The translations under genes and the position numbers were made by a program. A stretch of 64,000 bases of DNA from Eledone cirrhosa. Lineage: Eukaryota. Below the pieces are notes generated by a model. The model saw only the letters and a list, made by a program, of their open reading frames with translations. It was not told where the DNA came from and made no database searches. Positions 38,591 to 51,560 of the stretch are shown in pieces. The DNA lies in contig OZ024742.1 of assembly GCA_964016885.1 (NCBI GenBank), positions 298,220,001 to 298,284,000 of the forward strand, given 5' to 3'. The first letter of the stretch is position 1. Each line of letters opens with the position of its first letter.

Positions 38591-38596
<6 letters not shown>
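38464..38596. repeat. Near-perfect palindrome (family P4) centred on 38530 with HHR-like core
   Basis: 66-bp arms with a 1-nt loop. The minus strand reads CTGAAGA-tccc gttaa gggt-GAAA-gcagc across the axis. Confidence 0.88.
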
Positions 38597-38626
<30 letters not shown>

Positions 38627-38672
38627 AGTGACGAAACATAAGTCAATTGCATGAACTCATCATCCTTTATTT

Positions 38673-38728
38673 ACTGCTATATATATTTCGATGATAGCCA
38701 TTGAATGGCTATGACCTCATCAGGCAGT
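38673..38728 (-). ncRNA. Type I hammerhead ribozyme
   Basis: Minus: actgc-CTGATGA-ggtcatagccat tca atggctatcatc-GAAA-tatata-TA-gcagt. Intact core, perfect 5-bp stem I, palindromic stem III. Confidence 0.87.
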
Positions 38729-38799
38729 TAGTCAGTTCTTAGATATGCCAGCTCTGTGTTTATGGTGTTGATGGTATCAGAGCCTTGGCACATATATAT

Positions 38800-41700
38800 A
38801 TATATATATAAAACAGAAGATGTCTGTCTGTTTGTGTAACCGCATGCATTTCTACATTTTACAACCGATTTGCACCAAATTTCATACATAGGTTTCTGAA
38901 GTCATACATAGGTTTCTGCGCCGTAGGCTATTTTATTTTTCCGTACATCGATTGTGGGGCCTCTCCGGGGGCAGATAACCCCCTTATGCCTCTTGCTTGG
39001 AGTCAGCAGTACTACTCCATAAAGGCCCCATAATTCCTGCAGTTTGCCTCCCATCTTCAGCAAAATTAATCTTTCGTTTGCTTATGGCCTACAAATAAAT
39101 TGCACAGAAATTCAGGTAGGGGACCCTTTGGGGGGCAGTAAACCGACTTGATGAATGTTGAAGTTGATATCATCAATGCAACAAAACGTCATAACTGCTC
39201 GAGTTGTGTTGGTTTTCACGAAGCGAGACGTATTGGTTACCCTTGAACTTATCAAGTAAAAGTTCATGTGTTCGGAGGGGGGGGGGGGGGGGGCAGGAGC
39301 GCCTTCGACTTATCTATTGAAGTTCACATTAACACTGTATTAGTACCTGATAACTTTTGAAGTTTACATTCGATTTTAACTTTACCGGACACATTGGTTA
39401 CCCATTGCCTAAAGATGATGTTGAAGACACTGTCTATACCCGGGACAAGCAAGGGAGCCCCAGGGGGCAGCAAGCCCCGGTGGGTCATTTATTGAATTTG
39501 GCTATTGTAATGCAGCAAAACGTCATAGCTTCGATAATTGGTAGTCCAATAAAACGAATTTCGACTTAGTTGTTATTCATGTACTACAGATGAAGATACA
39601 CTGAGGCACATTTACTTTCATTTCAATTCAGCAAAAGGACCCCTCGTGGACAATGAGCCCAATCCATTAACCTATAAAATTTCAAACTGCCACAATAAAA
39701 AAGCACCATAACCTCAGGAGTTTATACTTGATTCTTACAAAAACTAAACAAAATGGTTATTGCCGGCCATAAGATAAAGCACCACACATTCGTTATCACT
39801 TGAATTTTGCAAGGGAACCTCCTGGGGAGAGCAGTGAGCCCCTTTGGACCACTTTTAAAGTTCTTATTATGGTTGCAGCAAAGCATTTCCACTTCTGGAA
39901 ATAAAAGTCAATTTAAACGAAAGTTGACGCATCGGTTACTCATGTCCTACAAATGGAGTAGCGAATTTTAAAATCCCCCTGACTTAACTTTAGTTTGTTT
40001 AGTTAACTTTAGGATGATTGAATTTAATTTTTCACCCAGTTGTCTCCCCGTGTAATTGCACCACAATTAAGTGCGGAATAGGGAGTTAAATTTTTTACCT
40101 TGAACTTTGGCGTCATTTCACACTCCTAACCAAGAAAGCGCGATTTAACCCAGGTGTAAATGTTAATGCCTACTGTATGTAGATTGTCCTATTTCACACT
40201 CATGCCTAAACTGTGCGAATGATTGATTAGTTTTTGCACCCGGTTGTCTCCCCTGTTTAATTGCACCTCAATTAAGTGCGAAATGGCGACCTCTGGCTAA
40301 CCACACATCAGTGAGTTGTGTTCAGTAGATTTCATCACATTTATTTGTATTATCTAACCAATCAGACAACTCAAGTGGTGTTCATTGAGCGAAATCACTC
40401 CTATTTATATCGGTCAAGTCCAACCTAGGATCACACTTCTTTTTTGGCTTTTGACAAGTGGTAGGTTTTTTTACATGCGTACTCTCATAAGCTACCCCAT
40501 GTTTCTGAAACGCATGCTTCTTCAACATTTGTCACCTTAAAGGAGGTTTAGTTAATGTGTTTATGGTCATAAGGTTCCAGTTTATCATGCTGTGATTTTT
40601 CGGCCATTTTTGCCTGTATCCTTTCAATGGTTAGTACTTACTTATTGCTATGTTCAAACTGAACAAACATACTGACACTTATATACCTACCACTGTAGCC
40701 ACACTATTTAATTTCCTTTATTATAGGTAGTCCATACGCTGCATTGCCCCTAACTTAAAACCTGAAATTTGACTGGTATACAAAATCTTGCAAAACATAC
40801 CCACTTTCTCAGACCACATAGTTTTATCACATTTTTTCACAATTTATATCCGTGTTTAAATTTGTTTACTTAAACGTTATTTGTCCACTATTTATTGCTC
40901 TCCTTGGTTAATTTTCTAAAAGCAATGCCCCCCAAGAAAAGAACTTTCATTGGTCAATTATCTAATGATGCAAGTAGATCTAAGCGAAGGCGTCTCACTG
41001 GAGATGTAAATGCGACTGCGATCAGGCTGTCACAGAATGGAGGAGGATGACAGTCGGCATGAACTTTGACAGAACAAAGGTGCTGCCGCGACTGCTGCTG
41101 CTCGCGATCGAGAGGATGAAGGTCGACGTGCCATTTGATGAAGCAAGGATGCCACTGCAACAGCCACTGCTTGCACTCGAGGGGATGAAGGACGACGCGC
41201 CGTTCGATGAAGCAGGGACGCCACTGCCACTGCTGCTGCATGAAATACTGAAACCATAGAGCAATGACGTGGCCGACTTCTGCAAAGTGAACAGCGGCAA
41301 TGATCGTTACGTAGCATTTCTAGGACTTGCAATTCACGATGGTTGTTGAAGGCCTTTAACTACGACCCCGCCTCCGACTACGCTGTGCTTGCCTGGAAAC
41401 CTGTACGTCTACAAGTCCCTTGACTCTATGGCTGATCTGGACGAAGTTGTTAATTACCCCACAGAATTTCTTAACTCCCTAGACCCTCCCGGATTGCCAT
41501 CACACTTACTGCGACTTAAGAAAGGTGCCCCTGTCATGCTCCTCAGGAATTTGGAACCCCGAATGCTTTCCAACTGCACGCGTCAGGTCGTCCAAAAGGC
41601 GGTGCCTCATGTTATTGAGGCAACAATACTTACAGGATGTGGTAAGGGGGATACTGTCTTCATACCAAGGATACCTCTCATTCCATCCAGTAAAGACATT

Positions 41701-42774
41701 CCTTTCACATTCAGAAGGCTGCAATTTCCTCTCAGTTTCGCCATATCGATTAACAAATCACAGGGTCAGACGCTGATGGTCGTAGGGCTTAATTTAGAAG
41801 AACCGTGCTTCTCCCATAGTCAACTATATGTTGGCTGCTCTCGAGTGGGGAGCCGACATAACCTATTTGCTTTTGCAACTCTCGAGAAAACCCAAAATAT
41901 AGTCTATAAGGAAGTTTTTTAGGCACCCCATCCGCCAACAAGTAATCGCTGTTTTGTTTTTTTGTATAAGTGCTTGCATTTGCTGTATCCATGTGCTATT
42001 TTTGTCCTTTTGATAATACCACGTACGCCTCTGAGGTTGCTTTTGCTATATGTTATAAATGTTCAATGTCTCCGTTTTACGTATTTATATGTTGCTATTA
42101 TGCTTTGCTATCGATGTTCCGTAGTTTTAACCTAATTAATCTACTTTTCCATCCATCTTATTTACACATTTTTTTGACATTCCAGCATAATCTTGCCAAG
42201 GCCGTTTTTGTGGCCACTGACTGTTACATGCTTTTCTGGGTTACAATCTCAAGTAACAAGCAAAGCAAATACGACACACCAAAGTGGTGTGAAGGACTTC
42301 TTAAAGGCCACAACCTCTAATCAGAGTCGTCTTTGCTGACAGCTCTGCCACTGGGACTTTTACGAGTGAACGATCCAAGGCCCTCTTCAGGGCCACCAAG
42401 TTTAAATTGTTACCATCAGATTCATCTTTGCTGGCAGCACTGCCGCTGAGATATTTCAAAGTGAACGTTAAAAGGTCCTCTTCAGGGCCACCAACTTTAA
42501 ATTGTAATCGCTGGCAGCACCGCCGCTAAGACTTTTAAGATTGAACGATCCATGGCTCTCTTTAGGGCCACCAACTTTAAATTATTATCGCTGGATTCGT
42601 TTTTGCTGGCAGCACCGCCGCAGATATATTTCAAAGTGAACGTTCAAAGGCCTTCTTTAGAGCCAACACCTATAAATTGTTACTTCTATAGTCGTGTTTC
42701 ACGAAAGTCTTTCATTTCATTTGAACGACTACTCCATTGAGAGTTATACCGGGCAACGCCGGGTACCTCTGCTA

Positions 42775-42775
<1 letters not shown>
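38800..42775 (+). mobile_element. Internally deleted Helitron
   Basis: 5' end tatataaaacagaagatgtctgtctg matches the 57276 element. 3' end ccgggcaacgccgggtacctctgCTAG|t. Contains a Pif1-type helicase tail and subterminal ~100-bp tandem repeats (42300-42680). Confidence 0.9.
41389..41922 (+). pseudogene. Helitron RepHel C-terminal Pif1/SF1 helicase fragment
   Basis: YPTEFLNSL..PGLP.H.L.LK.G.PVMLLRNL, FIPRIPL, RLQFPL..FAISINKSQGQTL, FSHSQLYV.CSRV. Confidence 0.93.
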
Positions 42776-43422
<647 letters not shown>

Positions 43423-43452
43423 AGAACAAAAGATGGTTAAAAGAGTTCCATG

Positions 43453-43523
43453 TATTTTATTATGCACATTTCAAAAACAAATATCATCATGCAATAATAT
43501 TTGTGTTTTCATCAGATAAAACA
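43453..43523 (-). ncRNA. Type I hammerhead ribozyme (P1 left arm)
   Basis: Reverse complement of the 43647-43717 motif; core intact. Confidence 0.83.
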
Positions 43524-43646
43524 GGAAGACATGATATGAAAGTTAAAAAACACTTGTGGATAGTTCAGTTTTAAATCAACATATCATATGTTGATTTAAA
43601 ACTGAACTATCCACAAGTGTTTTTTAACCTTCATATCATGTCTTCC

Positions 43647-43717
43647 TGTTTTATCTGATGAAAACACAAATATTAGTGCATGATGATATTTGTTTTTGAA
43701 ATGTGCATAATAAAATA
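43647..43717 (+). ncRNA. Type I hammerhead ribozyme (P1 right arm)
   Basis: tgttttat-CTGATGA-aaacacaaatattagtgcatgatgatatttgttttt-GAAA-tgtgca-TA-ataaaata. Predicted cut after 43709. Confidence 0.83.
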
Positions 43718-43800
43718 CATGGAACTCTTTTAACCATCTTTTGTTCTTATATATTATATATATATATATATATGTATATATATGTATATATATATGTATC

Positions 43801-43831
<31 letters not shown>

Positions 43832-43966
43832 GAGCTTCTACAGGACTAGAACTGCTTCATTCGTGAGAAATCATCAAGAAGCTCTTCTATATTAAAACAG
43901 TTATACTCTGCTATGTATTGAGTACCTTACTTATTGTGGTTACCTCTGATTCAACACGGAATAACT
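43832..43966 (+). mobile_element. Short P2-family element: inverted degenerate hammerhead (43832-43884, minus) plus tail
   Basis: Minus: gagcttc-tTGATGA-tttctcacgaat-GAAg-cag ttctagtc ctg-TA-gaagctc. The tail matches 36169-36255 and ends at the same ggaataact|(TA)n point. Confidence 0.85.
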
Positions 43967-43989
43967 TATATATATATATGTATATGTAT

Positions 43990-44275
43990 CAGTGGCGAAG
44001 GGTAACCTGGAAAGCAGGGCATGAAGTCCAATCGCCATGGCGGAAAGTGGGGCTCTGCAGCCTTACCCCCCCCCCCCCAATTCCCTCTAAATGACACTCC
44101 CAGTCAAAGCCGCATGTAGTGTTATCTAGTGTGTGTGTGTGTGTGTTATCTTTTTATGTGTCTACGATTTAGCAAGCAGCCAAAATTCTGCTTGCTTCAA
44201 CCGATGCAATTGATCAACTCAAGATTCTATAACACATGCACTGCATGCGTTGCATGCACGCACCCTTCGCCCCTA
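43990..44275. mobile_element. hAT-like MITE
   Basis: Imperfect 14-bp TIRs cagtggcgaagggt/acccttcgccccta with a perfect 8-bp TSD atatgtat on both sides. Confidence 0.8.
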
Positions 44276-44966
44276 ATATGTATATATATATATATATACA
44301 TACATACAGATTGGCATTGTGTTTTCTTTATATATATACATATATATATAAGTAGCGTAGCAGTAAGGGTGGTTGGTGATGGGAGGGGCACCCCACTGTA
44401 GAAACCATGCCTAAAAGGGTTGAGCGGATCCTCCAGTTGAGCCAAGGACATGGCAACCTACCTATTGTTAGTGATCTACTCAATAAATATACCTAGTACA
44501 CATTGTAAAGTGGTTGATGATAGGAAGGGCATCCAGTTGTAGAAGGCGTGCCAAACAAAGGGTTGCCATGACAACCTCCCTAGTACTGGTGATCTACATG
44601 ATAAAAGCACCTAGTACACACTTTAAAGTGGTTAGTACTAGAAAGGACATCCAGGCATAGAAAGCTTGCCAAACAAGGGGTGGTGAGGACCCTTCAGCTT
44701 TTGTCAAAATATACAACTCTCCTCTGCACTTGATAGAACATATGACCATATGTAAGCCAGCTGCTGACCCCTCAGCCAATCTGAGAGATCAGTAGCCCTG
44801 CTTCAGTACTGACTTGGTCTATGTAGACCTGTCCAACCCTTGCAAGCAGGGAAAGTGGATGTAACGATGATGATATATAAATATATATATTGATGTATAG
44901 ATAAATAGAGAAATAGCTAGCTAGATAGATAAAGAGATAGCTAGAAATATATATATATATATATAT

Positions 44967-45661
44967 CATCATCATAATCATCATCGTTTAACGTCTATCT
45001 TCCATGCTAGCATGGGTTTAGACGGGAATTGTTCTACGTGAGGCAAGATTGGTTGTCTTGCTCGTATAGGACTGTCTGGCAGATTTTCTACAGCTGGATG
45101 CCCTTCCTAACACCAACCACGTTTACAGTGTGGACTGGGAGGTTTTTACCGTGTTACCTACACAGCCACATTACAGCGTGGACTGTGTGTTTTTTTGTTG
45201 TGACACCTACATGACCTCATTTATTTGGACTGGATCTTGTGGTACCAACATAACTTTACAGAGAAAGGGTGTGGTGTAGATGGGGGTGGGGTAGGTGTAG
45301 CGGGATAGGGTGTATTTTTGGTTAAGAGGTGCCTACTGACTGTAGGTTTCGCTTTGTACTTAGGCAAGGCGAGTCTTCTGTATTACTGTGTAATGCGAAA
45401 GATCTCAGTCCAGTGACATTGTCTTGGTGAGGTGTAAGTGTGTAAGGTCAGAATTTATCAAATCGTCCCAGGTTTTTCTGGGCCTGCCTACTCCGTAGCT
45501 TCCATCTATTTTGATGGCCCTGCACTTTTTTATACAGCTGTCGTCTTTCATGCGCATCATGTGACCATACCAATGTAGTCTTCTCTCGAGTAAACAGCAT
45601 CTGATCCCTCTTATTCCTAATTTCTCACTTAGTTCATTTATTCTTTGCCGTTCACGTATAT
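44967..45661 (-). mobile_element. RTE subfamily A 3' fragment
   Basis: Reverse complement of ~54436-55150, including the RT C-terminus, 3'UTR and tail. Confidence 0.9.
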
Positions 45662-45671
45662 ATATATATAT

Positions 45672-45866
45672 ATAGGAAAATGTATGACCCTGACGGCAGA
45701 GCTCAAGCTGTTTCGACAGCTATTTCTGGACTGAGATAGCAGTCGAAACGGCTTGAGCTCTGCCGTCAACGTCATACATTTTCCTATTACCCACTCTACT
45801 ACCCTAAGTATTGAGTACTCTGGTGCGTTATGGTCTATCTGGTTCCTTACCACAACTCCTTCGTTA
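45672..45866 (+). mobile_element. Fold-back element family P3 with hammerhead 3' half
   Basis: IR 45672-45787. The right arm reads gactg agatag cagtc-GAAA-cggc ttgagctct gccg-TC, but CTGATGA is reduced to ctg at the fold junction. The tail runs into (TA)n. Confidence 0.82.
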
Positions 45867-48800
45867 TATATATATTTATATATATATAGATAGATAGATG
45901 GAGGCACATGGCTTAGTGGTTAGAGCATTGGCCTTGCAATCGAAAGGTTGTGAGTTCAATTCTCAGACCAGCTGATGTGTTGTTTCCTTGAGCAAGACAC
46001 TTTATTTCACATTGCTCCAGTTTACTCAGCTGTAGAAATGAGATGATAGGGACTGGGGTCCCTATCATTCCACTGCAAAAAAGCACCCAGCACTCACTGT
46101 AACTGAGGTTGGTGTTAGGAAGGGCATCCAGCTGTAGAAATCAAGCCAAAATCAGTTCCTGTCCCACCCTTGCAAGCATGGAAAAAGAAATGATAGATAG
46201 ATAGATACAAATGCACCAATTTCAGTTAATTTGTTTACAGTTAACTAAACGTTTTCTACAGAAGAATAGAACAATAGAATAGCTGTTGTATTTTTCTTCT
46301 CACAAGTAAAATCTACAAATAGCAAACACCAAGGTATTTTAATACTGCAGAAATCTGAAACAATAATTACTTTTAACAAAAGCTTATTATATATATATTT
46401 ATCTCTACTTAATACTTAAACTGTGTAATCTTATCATGAATTCAGAGCTAAATATAATGGCATTGATCAAATCAGTGAACCAAGTTGATTTTATGTGTTT
46501 TTCTTGAATATATAAAGGAAAACAACTGATCATCCAATCAGACCAAGGAGTTTTCCATTAATATTCCTAAAGTCGTCATGTAGGTGTCACAGCAAAAAGT
46601 ACCCTGTCCACACTGTAAATGAGGTTCATGCAAGGAAGGGCATCCATCTGTTGAAACCAATCCCAAATCGGTTCTGTATGAGCAAGACATGGTCACCTGA
46701 CCTGGCATTGCTCACAACAGAATAACTTATCTAACCCATGCCAGGGTGGAAAAATGGATGTTAAATGGAAATGAGGATTCACATTGCTGATATTATCTGG
46801 CAGTCACAACTCTTGGTAGAAGGAGGCAAGTTTTGAACTCACACTGCACTGAACTGGATCAAACACTGCTAAGTATCCTGCCTGATTATTTAACAATCCA
46901 CCACCCCTAGACTGGTTCTTTAATGATCAATCCCCAAAAGATAATCTTAGTGAGATTTGAACCCTGAGTACAGAGAGCCAAAACAAACACCAAGGCATTT
47001 AACTTGACACTCTAACAACACTGTCAATTCACTCCCTATTTATAAATCCAAAGAATTATATAGCATTCTTTCTAACATAAAACATATAAATCAGAGGAGT
47101 TAGTGTTTAACAGCAACTACTTTGGGGCTTAATTCTTTTGGTATCATTGAGTTAGATTTCCCTAAAATGTTTAGCATAAATATATTTAATAGCATTTAAA
47201 TATATGAAGATAAGGAATTCAGAAGACGTGAAAATTTGTTCCAAATTCAACAAGATATAATTATGCTAATGAGACAGAATCCCAGAGAAAATGTTTCATG
47301 AATATACAGAAGCAACTTTGGTATTCAAATCAAGCAAAATAGTTAATTCAAATACAGCAAGAAAACAAGGGAAAAGTTACTATGCATGTCATTCAATGTT
47401 TGAATGTGGGAAAAGATAATTGTCTAATATGGAATGTATGAGCAAGATGAGAATGCTCTGATCCATTTGATCTTGGATCACAACAACCTATCCAATCTAT
47501 GTCAGTATAAAATGATGATGACTCAACATCTTCAAATCATGAAATATTGTCCATGACTCAACATTTCCACAGTAATAAAATTGTTTGATTTTCAATATTT
47601 TGCACAAGAACACTGCTGAATTGACTGGGAGTATCAATTTCATGTATATCTATGTGTGGGAATAAAAATGTAGTAAGGAAAGTTAGTTGGATCATAATTC
47701 ACACCAAATTTATCTCAACTGAATAAAGTTAGAGGAAATTACTTTAAAGACTTCTTTCAAAATGCTACTATTCAAATATAATTTTTTTTCTTCAAATTTT
47801 CATCTTTTCATAAAATACAATGCCAATCCACTTTTATAGCTTCTTTTCAGAGGAGATGAACATAAAAAGTTGTGACGTTTGTAAATTTTGCAAAAATTAA
47901 AAGTGCCTCAGCCAACAATTAAAATGATATCAAAGGCTAAATTTGCCAAGAGCTTTCATACAACTCTATATTTCCTATATTGCCATTTGTCATATATATG
48001 CTACATTATAGCAATAGTGAATATAGCATGTCTGAATGGTTAAAGAGTTTGTTTTACAATCACATAGTCCAGGTTTGATCTCACATTGTGGCAACTTGCA
48101 CAAAATTAATTTACCAGAGGCTCATGTTGACCTAAGCCTTGTAAATAAAACTGAGTAGATGGAAATTGTTTTAAAGTTTGTTGGATGAACTGTAAATGGA
48201 TTTCAAAAGGCTAGCCTTGTCAAACACTGTGTCACTGTTGAATCTGTCAAAAATTGGGCTTCCTACATTGTTTGTTTACATACAGATATATTTCTTCCTG
48301 TCTGCTGACATCTGGTTGTCCAGTTATCTAAGTAAAACGATGGTAAATATGTTGTCACGGCTCCTTAGCTTAATGTTTAAAGCATCTAGCCAGTATCTGG
48401 GAGATATGGGGTTCAATTCTTCAGTCGCTGATGGCCATCTTCACCCTATTTTAGAAGTTATCTTTATAGCATTTCTGTGTTTGAGCACCTTCTTTATTTT
48501 ATATATATATATATACACACACATACATACCCATGTTAGCGTGGAAAATAGACATTAAATGATGATGATGATGAAATGTATGTATATGCATGTGTGTGTT
48601 TGACAAAAACGTAATTGATAAAATAAGTACTAGAATTGAAGAAATAATTACTGAAGACAATATGATCATCTAAATCAAATGGTGCCCCACTGTAGTCACA
48701 CTAGAATGCTCAGTCACCTGCCTGCTAATTTCACGAGTAAACTGCTCTGATGTTCGAACAGCTGGAATAGTCATCACTGAAATTGATGAAGGTCCACTCT

Positions 48801-51560
48801 GATATGAATGAATAATTTCTCATTCACAGTAATATTATTGTTGTCTTATACAAACGTTTGTTTTTTTTTTATCAAACATACTGTATTTGATTTATATAAC
48901 TAAATTAAGTGAAAACTGGAAGAGAAATTGCCACTTGATGTAAGATTACAAAATTATAAATGAATCAATAAACATTTTGAAAGAATAATATTTTCAAATA
49001 ATTATCTCTAAAAATTATTTCTCAAAGAAAAATGTTTTTTAAAGTATCTGCATCAAGATAAATTATATAAAAAATTACTTTAAATTTCCCAAGAAATTAT
49101 ATTATTTTTTTTAATTGAACATTATACAAAAATAGATTATTTTTTTGAAAAAGTAGGTGAGGCAAAAAAAAAAGACAGAATGAGCAGAAACTATGAATAA
49201 CAATCTCTAAGACAAAACCAGAAATTTGAGGGATGGAACTAGGTAAAAATATCGACCCCAAAATATGACTGAGACATTTTCTTATTATTTATTTTCATTA
49301 CATCATCTAGAGGAGTGGTATAAAGAGAATTTCCAAGAATGGTATAAAGAAGGGAAGGATGAGAGAATCCTTGTTGCACCTGAAGACATGGCTTGAATGC
49401 TTTCAACAGAATAGACTTCACGAAAAGTACCTAAGAGTCAGGTGATGGTGTTAATTAGAATGGTGGATTAAGTCTACCAGACAAGTAGGCCACAAAGAGA
49501 CAAAGAGACAAAGAGACAAAACAAATTTCATAAGTTTGAGGCCCTAGAGATACCACCAGTTCACTGTTCTAGACAGATACCATATTTAACAATTTCAGAG
49601 GGTGGGATAAAGTTGAGATATGCTGTCCAACTATGGATGTGGAATGTGCTTGTTTTCTTTTTCCTCATTTTTATATTATTTTGTTTTGTTTTGTTTTTGC
49701 TGTATATATATAAAGGAATATAAAATTTAATCATTTCAAAATGCAAAAGTGATTTATTTTAAGTATATTTTATGTGGACATGGCCTAATTTAAACAATCT
49801 TATTATTCTTGCAGTTACATTGTATGCATTGCTGATGCTATCTTCTAAAAGGCATTAAGCATTCTAGTTCTACTGTAGACATGCTGTAATGTTCTATATT
49901 TGTATTATTTGCACTCAAAACCTCAATAGTATATCTTCAGCTTAAACTGTATTTAGAAGAAAGTTGTTTGCTTGCATGACAGATGTTAATTCAGTTTTCA
50001 GCAACATAGCTGTGCAGTATTTTTACTTTTTATGTATTTCCATTCCATCCTCTAAATATTTTGTGACAAACATAGCCTCTACATTGAGTCATTAGGATTT
50101 GGAATAGTGCATATTTTTATAGGGGTTGTTAGCCCAATGTTTAACTGTACTTTGGTTAAACAATAATACTTTTTCTCACAAGAAAAAAGTTCACTATCTT
50201 GACCATAGATAAAAGGCAGTGCCAGTAAAGAAATAAGAGTCACAGAACACTTTCATGCATTTCAGCTAAACACTAATTCTTTATCTTTAAAGTTGTTCAT
50301 TAACTACTTCAATATCATTAATCTTTCAAACCAGAAAGATTTGAAGTTTCATTTAACATTATATGTAACACATCTAACTTTCAGAGGCAATAAAACAACC
50401 TAAAATTTATAAACAAACATATGTTAAATGGAGAAAGTGCTGTAATTACAAATAACACGTTATCTTACATTTTGTTTTACATATCAATTAGTTAGGGAAA
50501 AACAGAATTTAATTATTATATTTCACATCTTTGGCAGCTTGACAAAATACTAATATTTACAAACAGGCCAGACCAAAAGAGACAGATGCATGTGAAGCGA
50601 TTAGTATGGGGCTACTTGCCTTAAAGTTCTAGTTCTTATATTTTGTCCAGTTACTTATGTACATGTATATATCTGTAGCATATACATAAAACATGTATCA
50701 AGCAGTGAAATGGGACCCTACATTTTGCATTTAGCTGGGGCTATTACCAGAATTTCAGAGCTACATTTTACAATTGGCCTAGGACTATTAATGGATTTGC
50801 AAGGATTTGCTTAATACACACACATATGCACACACACACAGGGCATTCAACTGTAAAAGAAAACAGCCAAAATACAGTTTCATTTGAGCAAGGTACGGGG
50901 CAGCCAACTATCCAGACTTTTCTCATAACATGGACGATCTGTCTAACCCATGCAAGCATGAACAAATAAGGCATTAAATGGTGATGATGATGATGATGAT
51001 GATTCATATATATATATATATATATGCAAACATATCTATATCTATATATATATATATGCAAACATATATATATTTCGCCAAATTTCATTGCATTGCTGTC
51101 TACTCCACGATATTCATGTAACGTAATGTACATATTTTTCTTCATCTCTACCTCCACACTCCATATTTCGTATCAAGTCCAAATAGCCAATCTATTGCTA
51201 AAACAATCTACATTTTTTGTATTCATTAATTGTTAGATACGAAAGTTTTTGTCGTATTGAACAGAACAAATTTTGTATTTTTGTTAATCGCTTGTTAAAT
51301 GCAAGGACCCCATTCAATCATTACCTTCTATCTAGCTACCCAACACCCCTCCCTCCCCCACGCACCACCATTGCTATTACGTGGACCAATCATAAGCCAG
51401 AGCCCCCACGCATCACCAGTATTATTATTACGCGGACCAATCATAAGCCAGAGGCCTATACTATCGCTTGCCTGGTTGCCTTTCGATATATGATGGATGG
51501 ATGGACTGCGGAATCCTGGAGAGTGGAGGAGAAAGAGAAAAATCTGGACGCTCAGCGACA

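Noticed and set aside
42300-42680. Regularly spaced repeats resembling a CRISPR array
   Set aside because: Whole ~100-bp units are homologous with no unique spacers, they lie inside a Helitron, and there are no cas genes.
48359-48430. tRNA-like sequence with A/B boxes
   Set aside because: The acceptor and T stems do not pair; probably a SINE head or pseudo-tRNA.
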